A stretch of 64,000 bases of DNA from positions 8,310,001 through 8,374,000 of the forward strand of contig NC_087252.1 of the NCBI RefSeq assembly GCF_037042905.1, read 5' to 3'. Shown here piece after piece: positions 39,480 to 52,908 of this stretch. How positions within the stretch are numbered: the first letter of the stretch is position 1; every line of letters begins with the position of its first letter. The DNA comes from Lytechinus pictus (taxonomy: Eukaryota). Both the position numbers and the translations under genes were made by a program. The notes beneath the pieces were generated by a model. The model was not told where the DNA came from. It saw nothing but the letters and a program-made list of their open reading frames with translations, and ran no database searches.

Positions 39480-40032
39480 TCCAAACATTTTTTTATTTGA
39501 GGGAGGGGGGGGGGGGGGGGTGATAGCAATATATTGACCTGAAATTTCAACATCTGGGGCACACCCCTATACCAAGGCTATGTATACAAGGTATGTTATC
39601 GTGTACATAATACTGCCATCTTTCAATTTAGATGCCTATAACGATTTTTTTTTCGATGGCTATGTAGCGGCAAAAGCTTTGCAAGACGACCGGTATCTTG
39701 GCCGCCCGCAGTCATGCGCTGCCCACTTACAAAGAAAGATGGAGTCAAGAAATAACAAGTTTGAACGAAGAGATGAAGTTGAACATAACGTTTCTTTCAT
39801 ATCAGCATTAAATAAATATGTTGGTATAATAAAATAACATCTCTTCTCTGGCTGGACAACCAACACTCGAGAAATTCGACCGAAAATACGTAGCTTTTCT
39901 AACGAAATATATTCATTTTTTTCCAGTATTTTAAATATCGTTTATGACACCCTTAATTCAGTGGTGGATCCAAGGGGGTGGCGCAGGGGGCGCGCGCCCC
40001 CCTAATAAAAATAAAAAAAAAGTAAAAGAAAA

Positions 40033-40800
40033 TCAAGAATAATCAGCGCCACCTTAATCTAAATCGGCGCCGGACAAGAATAATCAGCGCCATTTGGTTA
40101 TAAATCGGCGCCAGTCGAGAAAAATCGGCACTGCCAGAGTCCGGCGCCGATCAAGGATAATCTGCGCCACCTAAATCTAAATCGGCACCAGATAAAAATA
40201 ATCGGCGCCGGTACAGAAAAATCGACGCTGCCTGAGTTCTTAACCGGCGCCGATCAAGGATAATCAGCGCCACCTAAATCTAAATCGGGGCCGCGGACAA
40301 GAATAATCAGCGCCATCTGGTTATAAATCGGCGCTGTCAGAGTCTTAACCGGCGCCGATCAAGAATAATAAGCTCCACCTAAATCTAAATCGGCGCCGGG
40401 CAAGAATAAACGGCGCCATCTGGTTATAAATCGGCGCCGGTTAAGAAAAATCGGCGCTGCCTGAGTCTTAACCGGCGCCGATCAAGAATAATCAGCTCCA
40501 CCTAAATCTAAATCGGCGCCGGACAAGAATAATCAGCACCACCTGGTTAAAAATCGGCGCCAGTCAAGAATAATCGGCGCCTCCTGGTTCTAAATCGGCG
40601 CCAGTCAATTATGAATTGCCGCTGCCTGAATCTTACGTGACGTCGGTAAAAATAATAAGCACTACTTGTTCTAAATCGGCGCCGGTCAAGAATAATCAGC
40701 GTCCCCTGGTTCCAATAAATAGGCGCCGGTAGAATAATGAGGAAGGGCCTATTGCCAACCAAATCTAGATCGGCGCCGGTCAAGAATGATCAGCGGCACC
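40033..40800. repeat. CpG-rich minisatellite built on AATCGGCGCC, with ~103-123-bp higher-order units
   Basis: CACCTAAATCTAAATCGG recurs at about 40050, 40168, 40271, 40376 and 40499. It follows a CAGTGGTGGATCC element terminus at 39959. Confidence 0.9.
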
Positions 40801-41759
40801 TAGCTGGTTATACATTACATTGTTGAATGGTCATAACAAAGCTTATCGCATGCCCTTACAGAGTGGACTGGGGCGGGGCAGTTGCCCACAGAATGACAGA
40901 TGTCATGAAATCTTTAATTTATTTAAAAAATCCCAGAATCATACAAAAGCGTAGAGCAAATTCTGTTATTTTGATCTTATTTTCCAATGCTTTAATAAAA
41001 AGAAGGTCAGTCACTTTTCTTCTTTACACATTCCACATTGTGCCACGTCTATGGCCTTTAGTTTAAGACAGCTTCTATATAGTGTTTTATGAAGATGATT
41101 CGATATTTTAGCCCAAAACTTTGCTAAAACCCGTTGCTAGTACCGGGAGTGTATAATTACGCAACCAGTCGTATATTGAGATTGAGCTACACAACTCATT
41201 CTTTATTTAAAATCGTGCTTAAATTATCCGCTTCTCAGATTGGAATATAAAAATTTTCAGCTCGCGCTTCGCGCTCGCATCATTTCTGTAGCAAAACCCC
41301 ATACTTTTCATGATTAAATAGGTGAATAGAAAGTCCCTTTTTCAGGACTAAACGTCAAAAGAACTCCCGCTTCGATTTGCAATAATCTTTTGCTGGATAT
41401 AATCTTGTTCTTTATTACAAACGTCCATTAAACTGTCATTTTTTTCAGATCGAAATATCAAAATTTTAAGCTCGCGCTTCGCGCTCGCATCTATTGTCTT
41501 TTTAGATACCAATCTTAATCATTGGTTCCAAAAATGCATAGAATATCAATCTTTCTGGACAGAATATAAAGAAATTTCAGCTCGCCCTCGGCACTCGCAT
41601 TATCTGTGTATTGAGATATGTATCCTCCTCATGAGTTACTACAAACAGTCCTAAACAGGCACCTTTTTCCTGTTTTCAGGTCAGTATACTAAAAAAATTC
41701 AGCTCGCGCTTCGCGCTCGCATTAATTTGTTGGTGAGATATGTGTTTCTATCTCATGAG

Positions 41760-41796
<37 letters not shown>

Positions 41797-43613
41797 TATG
41801 TGTGTTTGTGTGAGTTTGTTTGTTTTGTGTGATATCGAGCGCCTTTGGAAAGTTGATTAATGATTTTGCCCCCCAAATCTTTAAAAAAGGATCGACGCCC
41901 CTGTGTATATATATATATACATATAGTAAAAAAAATTGTATCTCTATTAATATACAAAAGTATTGGCCTCATCGCAATAAAAGGGTTAATACACGAGATT
42001 TTGAAATCGCACATAACATGCATAATTTTGTGTTACTTTTTGCTTGTTTCTTTCTTTAATAAGTTTTTCAATCTCTCTCTATAAATGTTTTAGAAAGATT
42101 ATATGTTTAAATTGATGTATATTTTCTGTTATAATGAGATATGAAGTGGACTTCAGGGAATGGTCGTACGCAGCAAGGGGGAAGGGGGCACATTCGCGAT
42201 CTGCTGATGTGAAAAACAATTTTTTTTCCTTAACATTTCATGAAAACTATGAAAAATGTGCAAATGTGAGATGTGCACCAAATTTTCGAGTCTTGCCCCC
42301 TCCCCCGGAAATATTATCTGCGTGTGGTCATGCAAAATGGCATGACTGGAAATCCTACATTTTGAAAAGAGCATTTGACAGGGTCAGACTTTACCCCTTT
42401 TTCAACATTTTCTTTTATGGCGCCGGTGAAGTGCAAAAATATGTGCGCCGCTCGGTAGTGCGCCCCCCCCCCCTTTCGCCAAAAGCTGGATCCGTCTATG
42501 CTTATAACGTTACATATACGTATTAAACTTGCCCAATCTTGAAAAGGAAATCCCTTTTTACACTTGGTCCGCCTGGTATCCACTCGTCAATAGAAGTGGC
42601 CACCCCGGGCGGCCCCTCGAGCTCTGGAAGGAACCGAATGTGGATTTGGAAGCTCGTCCTAAATCAGATATATCGCTGATACCATAGTAGCAACCATAAT
42701 TTTGCACACGAAACCGCAGATTGAATGTTTCCGTTGCGGATGCGAAACGTAAAAAAATTTTCATGTCACACAACTTGCATTGCGGGACAGTGTTTTGCGA
42801 CGGGCCCAATAAGTCTCTTCCAAAATCAATATACCGTCGTAATTCCGTCCGCGTTGCACAGCGAAAAGTGGGAAGTAGTTCAGGCTAAGACACTTTGCGT
42901 TGACTGTGACATTACGCGTTGGACGCTGTTGGCATAATAGCCACCTTTCGCAAACCTCAGGGACATTAGGGTCCCCTAACACAAAAATTAGCGATTAATC
43001 GTACATTCGATTTTCAAGATTAATTGTACATTATAATCAATGGAATCAATCATAGATAACTGTTCTACATTCATTGCTATTAAAGCTTTGTGATACAGGC
43101 CCTATATATATGCTTTTCGTGTGCATAATTCTTTCACGCGACACCCGAACGATGACAGCTGGCTGGAGATATTCGAAATGCAGGGCCCACAATAGATTAT
43201 GACCTGCATAAGAAAGTGGTTTTTCAAACAAATCGAGTACATATTGAGTGAGGAATTAAGGCTTAGATATAGATCATTACAGTCTATCGAATCGATATTG
43301 CATTTAATGTGGATTATTGGTGGATCACTGGTAATTGATTCCATGGGTCAGATCACCTCTCCAGCCGAAACCATTTCGCATGCATTGATATGTACACAGC
43401 ATATGCAATAAGCCTATACATTGTGTGCTAGAGGCATATCGTTTGTGTAGGAGTAAACAAAAGAAAAAACCCGCAAATTCGGCTGAAGTTCAGACGTATT
43501 TGCGTTTTTTTTTCTTTTGTTTACTCGTTCTACACAAACAATGTGCCTCTAGCACACAAAGTAATGGGCATTATGTTTTACTTTCCCCAGAAATGGGGGA
43601 TTAGATTCAAATT

Positions 43614-43911
43614 CCCGGGGGGACCACTTCCATTGATGAGTGTATACCAGGCACGACCATGGGGTTTCGAAAGCACCCTAAACAAGGGAAGCAAGTCTTT
43701 TCCAGATTATGAAAATGCATCTCTTAACAAGTATTTGGCTTGTGAAACCCTACAAGTATTGGAAATATATAATTTTTTTAGTATTTTAAACATCGTTTTT
43801 GACACCCTTATAACGTTACATAGGCCTATACGTAACGTACTTGCCAACTCTGTCCCCTTTTACGCGTGGTCGCGCCTGGTATCCACTCTTTAATAGAATT
43901 GGGCCCCCGGG
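43614..43911. mobile_element. Palindromic CCCGGG-terminated MITE inside the 1.3-kb unit (second copy 47965-48257)
   Basis: CCCGGGGGGACCACTTCCATTGATGAGTGTATACCAGGCACGACCA pairs with TGGTCGCGCCTGGTATCCACTC..GGGCCCCCGGG. Confidence 0.7.
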
Positions 43912-44770
43912 CGGCCTCTCGAGCTCTGGGAGGAACCAAATGTGGCTCTGGAAAGTCGTCCTAAATCGGATATATCGCTGTTACCATAGTAGCAACCAGA
44001 ATTTTGCACACAAAACGCATATTGAATGTTTCCGTTGCAGATGCGAAACGAAAAAAAAAAATTCATGTCACACAATTTGCATTGCAGGACAGAGTTTTAC
44101 GACCATGACGACGGGCCAAAAAGTCTCTTCCAAAATCAACTACCGTCGTATATAAGCGTTCGCGTTCTCCAAAGAAAGGTCGGGAAAGTCCTTTTCTGCG
44201 ACATTATGCGTTGGCGCGACAATAGCCACCTTTTGCAAACCTCAGGGACGGTAACATTAGGGTCCCCTAACACTAAAGTTAACGATTATTCATACACTTG
44301 ATTTATAAGATTGATTGTTCATTATAGTCAATACAATCAAACGTAGAAAACTGCTCTACAATCATTGCTAAGCTTTGTGTTACAGGCCCTATAGATCTGC
44401 TCTTCGTGTGCAAAATTCTTTCACGCGACACCCGCACCAAACATGCATACACATTACGACTGATGGTCATTATCGTATATGCCCCCTGAGCCGGCGGCAA
44501 GCCTCTAATATGACAGCTGGCTGGAGATATTCGAAATGCAGGGCCTACAATAGATTATGACATGGATAAGAAAGTGGTTTTTCAAACAAATCGTGTACAT
44601 ATTGAGTGAGGAAAAAGTTACTGAATTTAGATATAGATCATTACAGTCTATCAAATCGATATTGCATTTAATGTAGATTATTGGTGGATTACTGGCAATT
44701 GATTCCATGGGTCAGATCACCTCTCCAGCAGAAACCATTTCGCATGCGTTGATGTACACGGCGTATGCAA

Positions 44771-47700
44771 GGCTTATTATAATCACTCGGGTCGCGTTCG
44801 CGTTCGAAATCACTCGGGTCGCGTTCGAAATCACTCGGGTTTTGGATTTTTTGCGATTTTTTTTATTTCGATGCAATTTTTTTTTCTAACGGTGTCTTCA
44901 ATGGGACAAAACGCTTGTAAAATAAAATGAAATTGAAATTCTAGTTTCGTTTTAAGCTGGCAAGTGCCTTAAATAAAATGCACTCGCCTACTGCTTAACA
45001 TAACAAACAAGCAAATCAGCCATGTGGCTCAACTATCCTAGAATACATCCAGACTACTGTTTTTCTACGAGGACTACGAGTCGGAACTTGCCATATCTGC
45101 CACATCGATATTACATCGTCATTCCCATGTGCGGACATGCATGCCTGCATGCAATGGCCCCAAGGCGGGACCCGGCCGGCCACGGTCGGACACGGCGTGC
45201 ATCGGTAGCATGGAGCAAGGTAACGTGAGTCGAGCCGAGTTAGATCCCACGTTACAGTGCCAGTCAGCTCGTCCGAAAGTATTTTATTCAGCGGTATGCA
45301 TAGCCAGCCATCCGTGGTTTAATGCATGTATACGTAATTAGACCAAAAGCTTCGGTCTCTGTAATGTTCGTTGTTCCGCTGAACTCCGTTAGCTCCACTC
45401 ACCAATACAGAGACCGAAGTTCTAGCTCGATCTGTACAGGGACTCAATGGCCATATGTTTATGCATTAAGTTCCGATAAAACGGGGACGTGAAGTTGCTT
45501 GACAGCCGAAGCAATTAGTTACTGTTTTTTCCCCTTTTAAGTTTATTTTCCCTTTTTTGTGCATTTTAGGACAAAACGGAATAATAATATTTATTTGATA
45601 CAGTTCTTTTCATAAAAATCGATGAGCGCCGTCTGGGGGATTTTGCATTGTTAACCCCGTAATGATGGTTGCACCATAGCGAGCCGTCTGTGTACGAGGA
45701 GAAATAAAAATAAAATAAAACTCGAAACAGACGGCTGCCAGCTGTCTAATACGTAATGAGCTTTGGGACGATCTTTCCGATAGGCGTTTTAAAATTCTGC
45801 TATTAATTATTGTCCATTTCTCATAAAATTTGTCTTATTTTATAGATAAAATGGCCATATCATGTTTTAAGTAACTGGAGACCTAAAAAATTCCCTTATT
45901 CTCGAAACATTGCATTAGGTGATGTGCTTAATTGATCTTTTTTGTGCTCGCGTGCCAAACGTATACGTTGAGCTGAACGGGGATCAGTCTTTCTCTCTCT
46001 CTCTGTCTCTCCTACCTTTCCGAAATTAAAACGGTCCCTCGATCGGACATAGTTATTTAGACGCAGGACAAATAATGCTCTGACAACCAAACTAACTTTT
46101 CGTCAGCATTAGTAAAAATGTGAATGGGCTTTTAAAAGCTAATACTAAAACTGATCTAAAACTGATCTTAGATCGATTTTAAAATTGATTTTGGAAATCG
46201 ATTTTAAATCAATTTTAAAATCGTAATTGTACGTCCTGTTTGTTGTAATTAACCGATTTTAAAATCGGCTCCCGATTTTACCACAATCAGCGCGATCACC
46301 TGCCAATCTTCGATCATGCCCCTTGAAGGAAAAATCGGATATAAAATATCGGCGTAGATCTAGTTACAGTGCGTGATCGTTCAGAACATATTTCAAGATT
46401 TTTTTGAGGTGCTAGCTATTTAGAGGTCGCATTAATCAGGGAGAAAGACGCGGTATTATCTCTGACGATGTTTACCAGGATAGATATCTTCTCTTCAACC
46501 TCGTGGTGATAGCGGACGCCGCCGTGAACTTTTAAAGGTCGTATTACCGACGGACATCACTGCACTACTCTCTTACCTCCTTTATGATAGACACTTCTCT
46601 TCAACCTCGTGGTGATAGCGGACCCCGCTTCTTTTATATTTCTTCTTGGTTATCAAAATTAAGTTCATTTCTGAAGATAGTAATAAATTGATTTGAAAAC
46701 GCTAGCTCCCCAAAGCATTTTAATAACATGTTCCGAATCATCGCACGTGCTTGCGACTTCTACTACATTTTAATTGCACTTGCGCCTTTAAGATGATGCA
46801 TTGTATGAGATCAACTGAAGAGATCATTCCAATAATTCTAAATCGCTAGCACCTAAAAATACTTATAAATGATGTCCCGCCGATCGTTCATTAACCTGTG
46901 ATCTATGAGAATTATTTTCATTTTATTTTCCTTTGCGACTTTGCTCGGAAGATGCGTCTTTATCTTTCTAATAAAATCACTCGGTTTATTTCAAAGCAGT
47001 AACACCTCAAAACCCCTTTAAAACATGTTCCAAACGATCGCGCATGTTGGCGACTTCAAAAAAAAATATTTTGTTCGCGGTCGCGCGCATCTTCCTGACA
47101 AAGTCATAAAGACGAATGCATTGGAATGGAAGTCGCCAGTTTTGTCCTAAAATGCACATAAAAGGGAAAATAAACTTAAAAGGGGAAAAACAGTAACTAA
47201 TTGCTTCGGCTGTCACACAACGTCACTTCCAAGTTTTATTGGAACTTAATGCATAAACATATGGCCATTGAGTCCCTGTACAGATCGAGCTAGAACTTCG
47301 GTCTCTGTATTGGTGAGTGGAGCTAGCGGAGTTCAGCGGAACAATGAACATTACAGAGACCGAAGCTTTTGGCTACTGATGCACGCCGTGTCCGACCATG
47401 GCCGGCCGGGTCCCGCTTTGGGGCCATTGCATGCAGGTATGCATGTCCGCACATGGGAATGACGATGTAATATCGATGTGGCAGATATGGCAAGTTCCGA
47501 CTCGGAGTCCTCGTATAAAAACAGTAGAAGTCTGGATGTATTGTAGAATAGTTGAACCACATGGCTGATTTGCTTGTTTGTTATGTTAAGCAGTATGAGT
47601 GCATTTTATTTAAGGCACTTGCCGGCTTAAAATGAAACTAGAATTTCAATTTCATTTTATTTTCCCATCGTGTTTGTCCAATTGAAGACACCGTTAGAAA

Positions 47701-47813
47701 AAATAATCGTATCGAAATAAAAAAAAATCGCCAAAAATCCAAAACCCGAGTGATTTCGAACGCGACCCGAGTGATTTCGAACGCGAACGCGACCCGAGTG
47801 ATTATAATAAGCC
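44771..47813. mobile_element. 3043-bp non-autonomous foldback DNA transposon, GG...CC termini, 8-bp TSD
   Basis: GGCTTATTATAATCACTCGGGTCGCG...CGCGACCCGAGTGATTATAATAAGCC. TSD GTATGCAA at 44763-44770 and 47814-47821. TIRs at about 44771-45575 and 47139-47813. No transposase ORF. Confidence 0.92.
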
Positions 47814-50404
47814 GTATGCAATAGGCCTAAACGTCTGAACACCAGTCGAATTTGCGGGTTTTTTTCTTTTGCTTACTCCTCCTACACAAACGATATGCCT
47901 CTAGCACACAATGTAATGGGCATAATGTTTACTTTCCCCAGAAATGGGGGATTAGATTCAAATTCCCGGGTGGAACCACTTCCATTGATGAGTGGATATC
48001 AGGCGCGACCATGGGGTTTCGAAAGCACCCTAAACAAGGGAAGCAAGTCTTTTCCAGATTATGAAAATGCATCTCTTAACAAGTATTTAGCTTGTGAAAC
48101 CCTACAAGTATATATCCCCCTTTTCAGTATTTTAGACATCGTTTTTGACACCCTTTTAACGTTACATAGGGCTATACGTAACGTACTTGCCCACTCTTTC
48201 CGTTTTTACGCGTGGTCGCGCCTGGTATCCACTCTTCAATGGAAGTGGGTCCCCGGCCGGCCTCTCGAGCTCTGGAAGGAACAAAATGTAGCTCTGGAAA
48301 GTCGTCCTAAATCGGATATATCGCTGTTACCATAGTAGCAACCAGAATTTTGCACACAAAACGCATATTGAATGTTTCCGTTGCAGATGCGAAACGAAAA
48401 AAAAAAATTCATGTCACACAATTTGCATTGCAGGACAGAGTTTTACGACCATGACGACGGGCCCAAAAGTCTCTTCCAAAATCAACTACCGTCGTATATA
48501 AGCGTTTGCGTTCTCCATCGAAAGGTCGGGAGTATCGGTTATAACAAACTCTTCCCCCAAATCGGGCCATCCATTTTTGACGCAATGCGCCAAATCAATC
48601 CGCCCGTAATAGTGTATAAAACGGGAGTAATTTATGTGCGTATTCTGATTCCAAATTCAAGTTCTTCGGCTTTCCATTATTCTCCCCTCTTATGTAACTC
48701 TCTTTTTACCTCTCCCCCAACTGCTCTCTCGATCAACGTTCCTTTCTCTGCGACTCTAACACTTCAACCACTCGAGCCCACCACAACTCTTTCACTTAAT
48801 TCTCTCGTTCTACGACTATTATCATACAGCTCAGGTATCTCTCCTACCTCCCACTCTATCTCTCTCTATACCTCTCTGGCTCTCTCCTTAGTCGCTCAAG
48901 ATTGCAAGCGAGCCGGAGAACAGGAAATCAGAAGCGGAATAGAAAAATATCTAAGTTGTAATTCAGTATTCAATTCCACTCTTCCAAATCCATTGAGTCC
49001 CGAAAATACTACTACATCCCAGACAACCCAGACGCCTAACCACCAAGTCAGTTTGCATTATTTCACTTTCTCATTCCAAGCACTAGCCTGGCCCATCTTT
49101 CAGTTAAAGGCCTAATACGATTTTTACAGCTAATATCAATATTCGAGGGAGCCGTCGGAAGACAAAATGATATTATAAAAAACATCTTTTAGCGGTATTA
49201 CATCACGGGCAATGTATAGTTTGTATATATACTGTAAATGTGTACAGTATACTACCATCTTTCAGTTAAAATTCTAACACGATTTTCTCATGGCTATAAT
49301 GTAATGGATTTGTTGGGGTATAAAGAAATAAATTACAGTTGATATCAATTTGCGAGTGAAGCAAGTGAGCATACTTTCAGTAGTTAGGTGACAGAATGAT
49401 GACCAAAATCGTCTTTCAAGGTCTGTGTAAATATTCGAGAAATGCAACGAGCGATCCTTGTAAAAGTTGCTTCAGTCGTTAATAATGATGTGCCTATATT
49501 ACAGAAGAACTCTGATCTGTCTTTTGATAAGTTTTAAATATTGTAATTTACCTTGATTATGTTTTTATGATTTAATAAAACATACAAGTATAAAAAAGTT
49601 ATCAATAAATTAAACTTTAGTAACAAAGAAATTTGAAGAGCAAATATGAAGTAAACAGTCCATATTTCGAACAATGAAAACTAATTTGTTCACTGGTTAA
49701 AGGTGAGATAAGAAGAATAAAAAGGATCAAGACTATTGGGATTAAGGACACCACAGGCCACAATATAGACTTCCAAAAACGTAGAAATAGCACAGGGAAG
49801 CACATTAAAAGGAAAATATTGCGGAAAGGAAATATTTTGAATAATCAAAATATTATAATGGAAAATGATTCAACATTAAAAATTCTGAAAAAAAATCATA
49901 TTTGAAATGTTTATCATTTTTTTATGGAATTAATGTGATTTAAAGAATCCTCCTACAAACGGATCAAATTGTAAGTGTGTGATAAATATTGCTGTCCTTA
50001 CTTGCCTCTGTATTTCATTAATGGCATTGATTTGGTCAATGTGATCAGTAACTCGTTATACGCCTATATTTTTGTACAAATTATCTCCCGCTTCCACAAA
50101 GATGCTAGGAGAATATGACCCCCCATTCACGCCAGTGGATTCAAAGGCTATGATAAAAGTGTAAAAGTCATTGGTATCATACAATTCATAAATTGATGTA
50201 TTAAAACCATACTCTCATATCATGGTGCAAGGTATATAACATTTGTTTTATGATAAACGTAGGAATTTGTCATGGCCAGAATCTCGTATATAAGATAAGA
50301 TTGAGCGCGGGAAATTTTTGCATTATTAGAATAAAAAAATGGGCAAATTTTGGCTCTTTGAATAAAATAACAGTAGTATTAACAATTTGATGATTTAAGA
50401 AATA

Positions 50405-51440
50405 TTCAATTGAATTCAATTCGGTTTATTAGATATAAAACAGAATACAATGCTGTAGTCCGAAGACTAATTGTGCAATGTTTACATTAATTGAATATTA
50501 TTTACATTTGAAGATTGTATATACACTTAAAAATATTATTCACATATAAATGAGAAACAGTTGGTTGATTGAGTTATGCATAAGTGAGATTTCAGTAGAT
50601 AATACTAGCATGGGATTCTAATAATTGTGTATGGGGGGGGGGGGGGCCTGTTTTGAATTTAAAATCATACAACAAAAAAAGGTCAGAAATATAATTCAGA
50701 TTTGATTTTCATTATAAAGTTATGAAATAGAGATTTAGAATCAAGTTATTGCATCAGAATTAATCATAGTTATAGAACGTTTAAATAAAAAAACACAACC
50801 TTTGATATATGAAATCCATCAAGAATGGAACAGAGATTACTTTGAGATATGGGATTGAGGCTGTTAAAATAATTCGTAATAATTCCAAAGAAAATCAAAA
50901 TTAACAATTAATGAGAACAAATACATACATATAAATAAAAAATCATTCACATAGCTAAACATTTACACCTGAGCATTGACCAGTTTGACAAGTAAGGGTA
51001 CACTTGATTTCCTATATCGTTCAGTTCTAGTATAAGGAAGGTCCAAGTGATGACTCAGTCTACCTCGAGAGACATGCTGCCGTTCAGCAGGTAACAAATG
51101 ACTATGTCGCGATGAGACAAGGATTGACTTGGCAAAGTTGGTCAGCATGTCTTTTCTTCTCTTGGCAAGGGAAGAAATGTTAAAACTGCTCAGGAGTTCC
51201 TCATAGTGATGTAGGTCGAGGTAAGTGAGAGCCCTACGTTGTACCCGCTCTATACTGTCTGATTGCTGAGTTGTCAAACTACTGCTCCAAACTGGTGCAC
51301 AATATTCCATCAATTGCCTGATATACATTGTGTATATGAACACAAAATATGAACACAAAATCAATTGCTGGAACTCCATTCCTTTTCAGCTTGCACAAGA
51401 TATACAGACGTTTCGAAGCACGTTTGATGAGCTGTTCCAC
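50405..51440 (-). mobile_element. 3' fragment of a CR1/L2-group LINE
   Basis: YIRQLMEYCAPVWSSSLT..IERVQRRAL..RTERYRKSSVP (RT C-terminus), then a UTR ending AATAAACCGAATTGAATTCAATTGAA. Confidence 0.85.
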
Positions 51441-51641
51441 TTTAGGTTTTGTTTTAAAAAGTGTGTGTGTGTGAGGGTGTGTGTGTGTGTGTGTGTGGGG
51501 GGGGGGTGATTGTACGTGCTATCCCCCCTCTCCTAAAAGTGTTGGGGATATAGTGTAAAGCAATCAAGATAATCATTGATACAAAATTATAATCATTCCG
51601 AAGGTTTGTGATTCGTATAAAGCAATCAAGATAATCGTTAA

Positions 51642-52215
51642 AGGAATGGTCCGGGCTGAAAGTATTTATTTATTAATACATAGAGTAGAATTCACCGAGC
51701 AAAATGCCAAAAAATTCATCATAATTGGATAACAAATAATAAAGTTATAGAAGTTTAAAGTTTAGCAATAATTTGTGAAAACAGTCGTCATGAATTTTCA
51801 TTAGGTGGGCTGATGATGTCACATCTCCACTTTCCGTTTTCTTATGTCATTACATGAAATCATATTTTTTTCATTATTTCATACTTGTGTGAATAATATG
51901 TCTCCCTTATAATGAAATAAGTTGCAGCAATAAATATCTAATGCACTAAATCAGTTGTCAATCCAATTTTCTAGTTCTTGGAGGAAAAAATTTGAATAAA
52001 CCTAATTTCATATAATAAAATACAAAAGAATAAGTGGTGATGTGACATCATCAGCCCACCTATGAATATTCATGACGACTGTTTTCACACAAAAATTGCT
52101 AAACTTTAAAATTCAATAACTTTGTTATCCAATTTTGATGAAATTTTCGGCATTTTGCTCAGTGAATTCTACTCTATTTATTAAGCTATAAATACTTTCA
52201 GCCCGGACCATCCCT
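51642..52215. mobile_element. Intact Kolobok-like palindromic MITE
   Basis: TTAA|AGGAATGGTCCGGGCTGAAAG...CTTTCAGCCCGGACCATCCCT|TTAA, with long inverted arms. Confidence 0.88.
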
Positions 52216-52597
52216 TTAATACGAAAATGAAGAATGCTTTATTAATCTGATGTTATGAAATATGATTGTAATTTTTGAGGTTCATTAGTGATGATGAAAA
52301 AGATGCGTATGTCACTGAATGAAAATATTGAAAGCTCGAAGCTCGAGGAGAAATTCGTGAAGAGGTAATGTTTTAAGTGCCATTTAATCCTTTGGAACGG
52401 GATAATCTATCGCAGAAGGCACGTAAACAGTTTATAAATGTGTGCACCGGGACGAGTGAACACTAAGGTATGTAGGTTACAAGCAAATCATGTTTTATCA
52501 AATTCTGAAAAAAACCCATAGTATTTCCTTCCCCTACTATGCTTCTCTTGACCTTTTCTCCCGTTTTTCTTTTGGTCAGCTGATGGGGGGGGGGGGG

Positions 52598-52908
52598 CAC
52601 TAGCGTACCTACGGGGGGGGGGGGGGGCAGGCTGGGGCAGTCTGCCCCCTGACGAGCCATAACCCATGCAAAGGACGTATCCCTGCCCCCCTGACGAGCT
52701 TGAAAGAAAGACATTTTTTGCCCCCCCCCCCACCCTGATGAGCTTGAAGACCTTTTTTATTTATTTATTTTTTTTGCTTGTCAATTTTTTTTCTGGTACG
52801 AAATCCTTTATTTGTGATTGAAGACTTTTTTTCATTTTTTTTGCTTGTCAATTTTTTTGGCGGACGGTTTTGTCCCCCCCCCTGTGGAAAATCGTAGGTA
52901 CGCCACTG
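52598..52908. mobile_element. MITE with CAGTGGCGTACC-type TIRs in a poly-G tract
   Basis: CACTAGCGTACCTACG...CGTAGGTACGCCACTG. Confidence 0.7.

Larger units (their letters stand above)
42565..48530 (+). repeat. Tandem array of a ~1.3-kb unit (about 2.25 copies); second copy carries a 3-kb insertion
   Basis: GCCTGGTATCCACTC recurs at about 42570, 43874 and 48220. Spacing is about 1300 bp once 44771-47821 is removed. Confidence 0.9.

Noticed and set aside
40033..40800. CRISPR-like array with palindromic cores
   Set aside because: The linkers are themselves repeated rather than unique spacers.
48372..49115. 247-aa ORF as a gene
   Set aside because: It spans a repeat boundary, is S/L/T/P low-complexity and has no domain motif.
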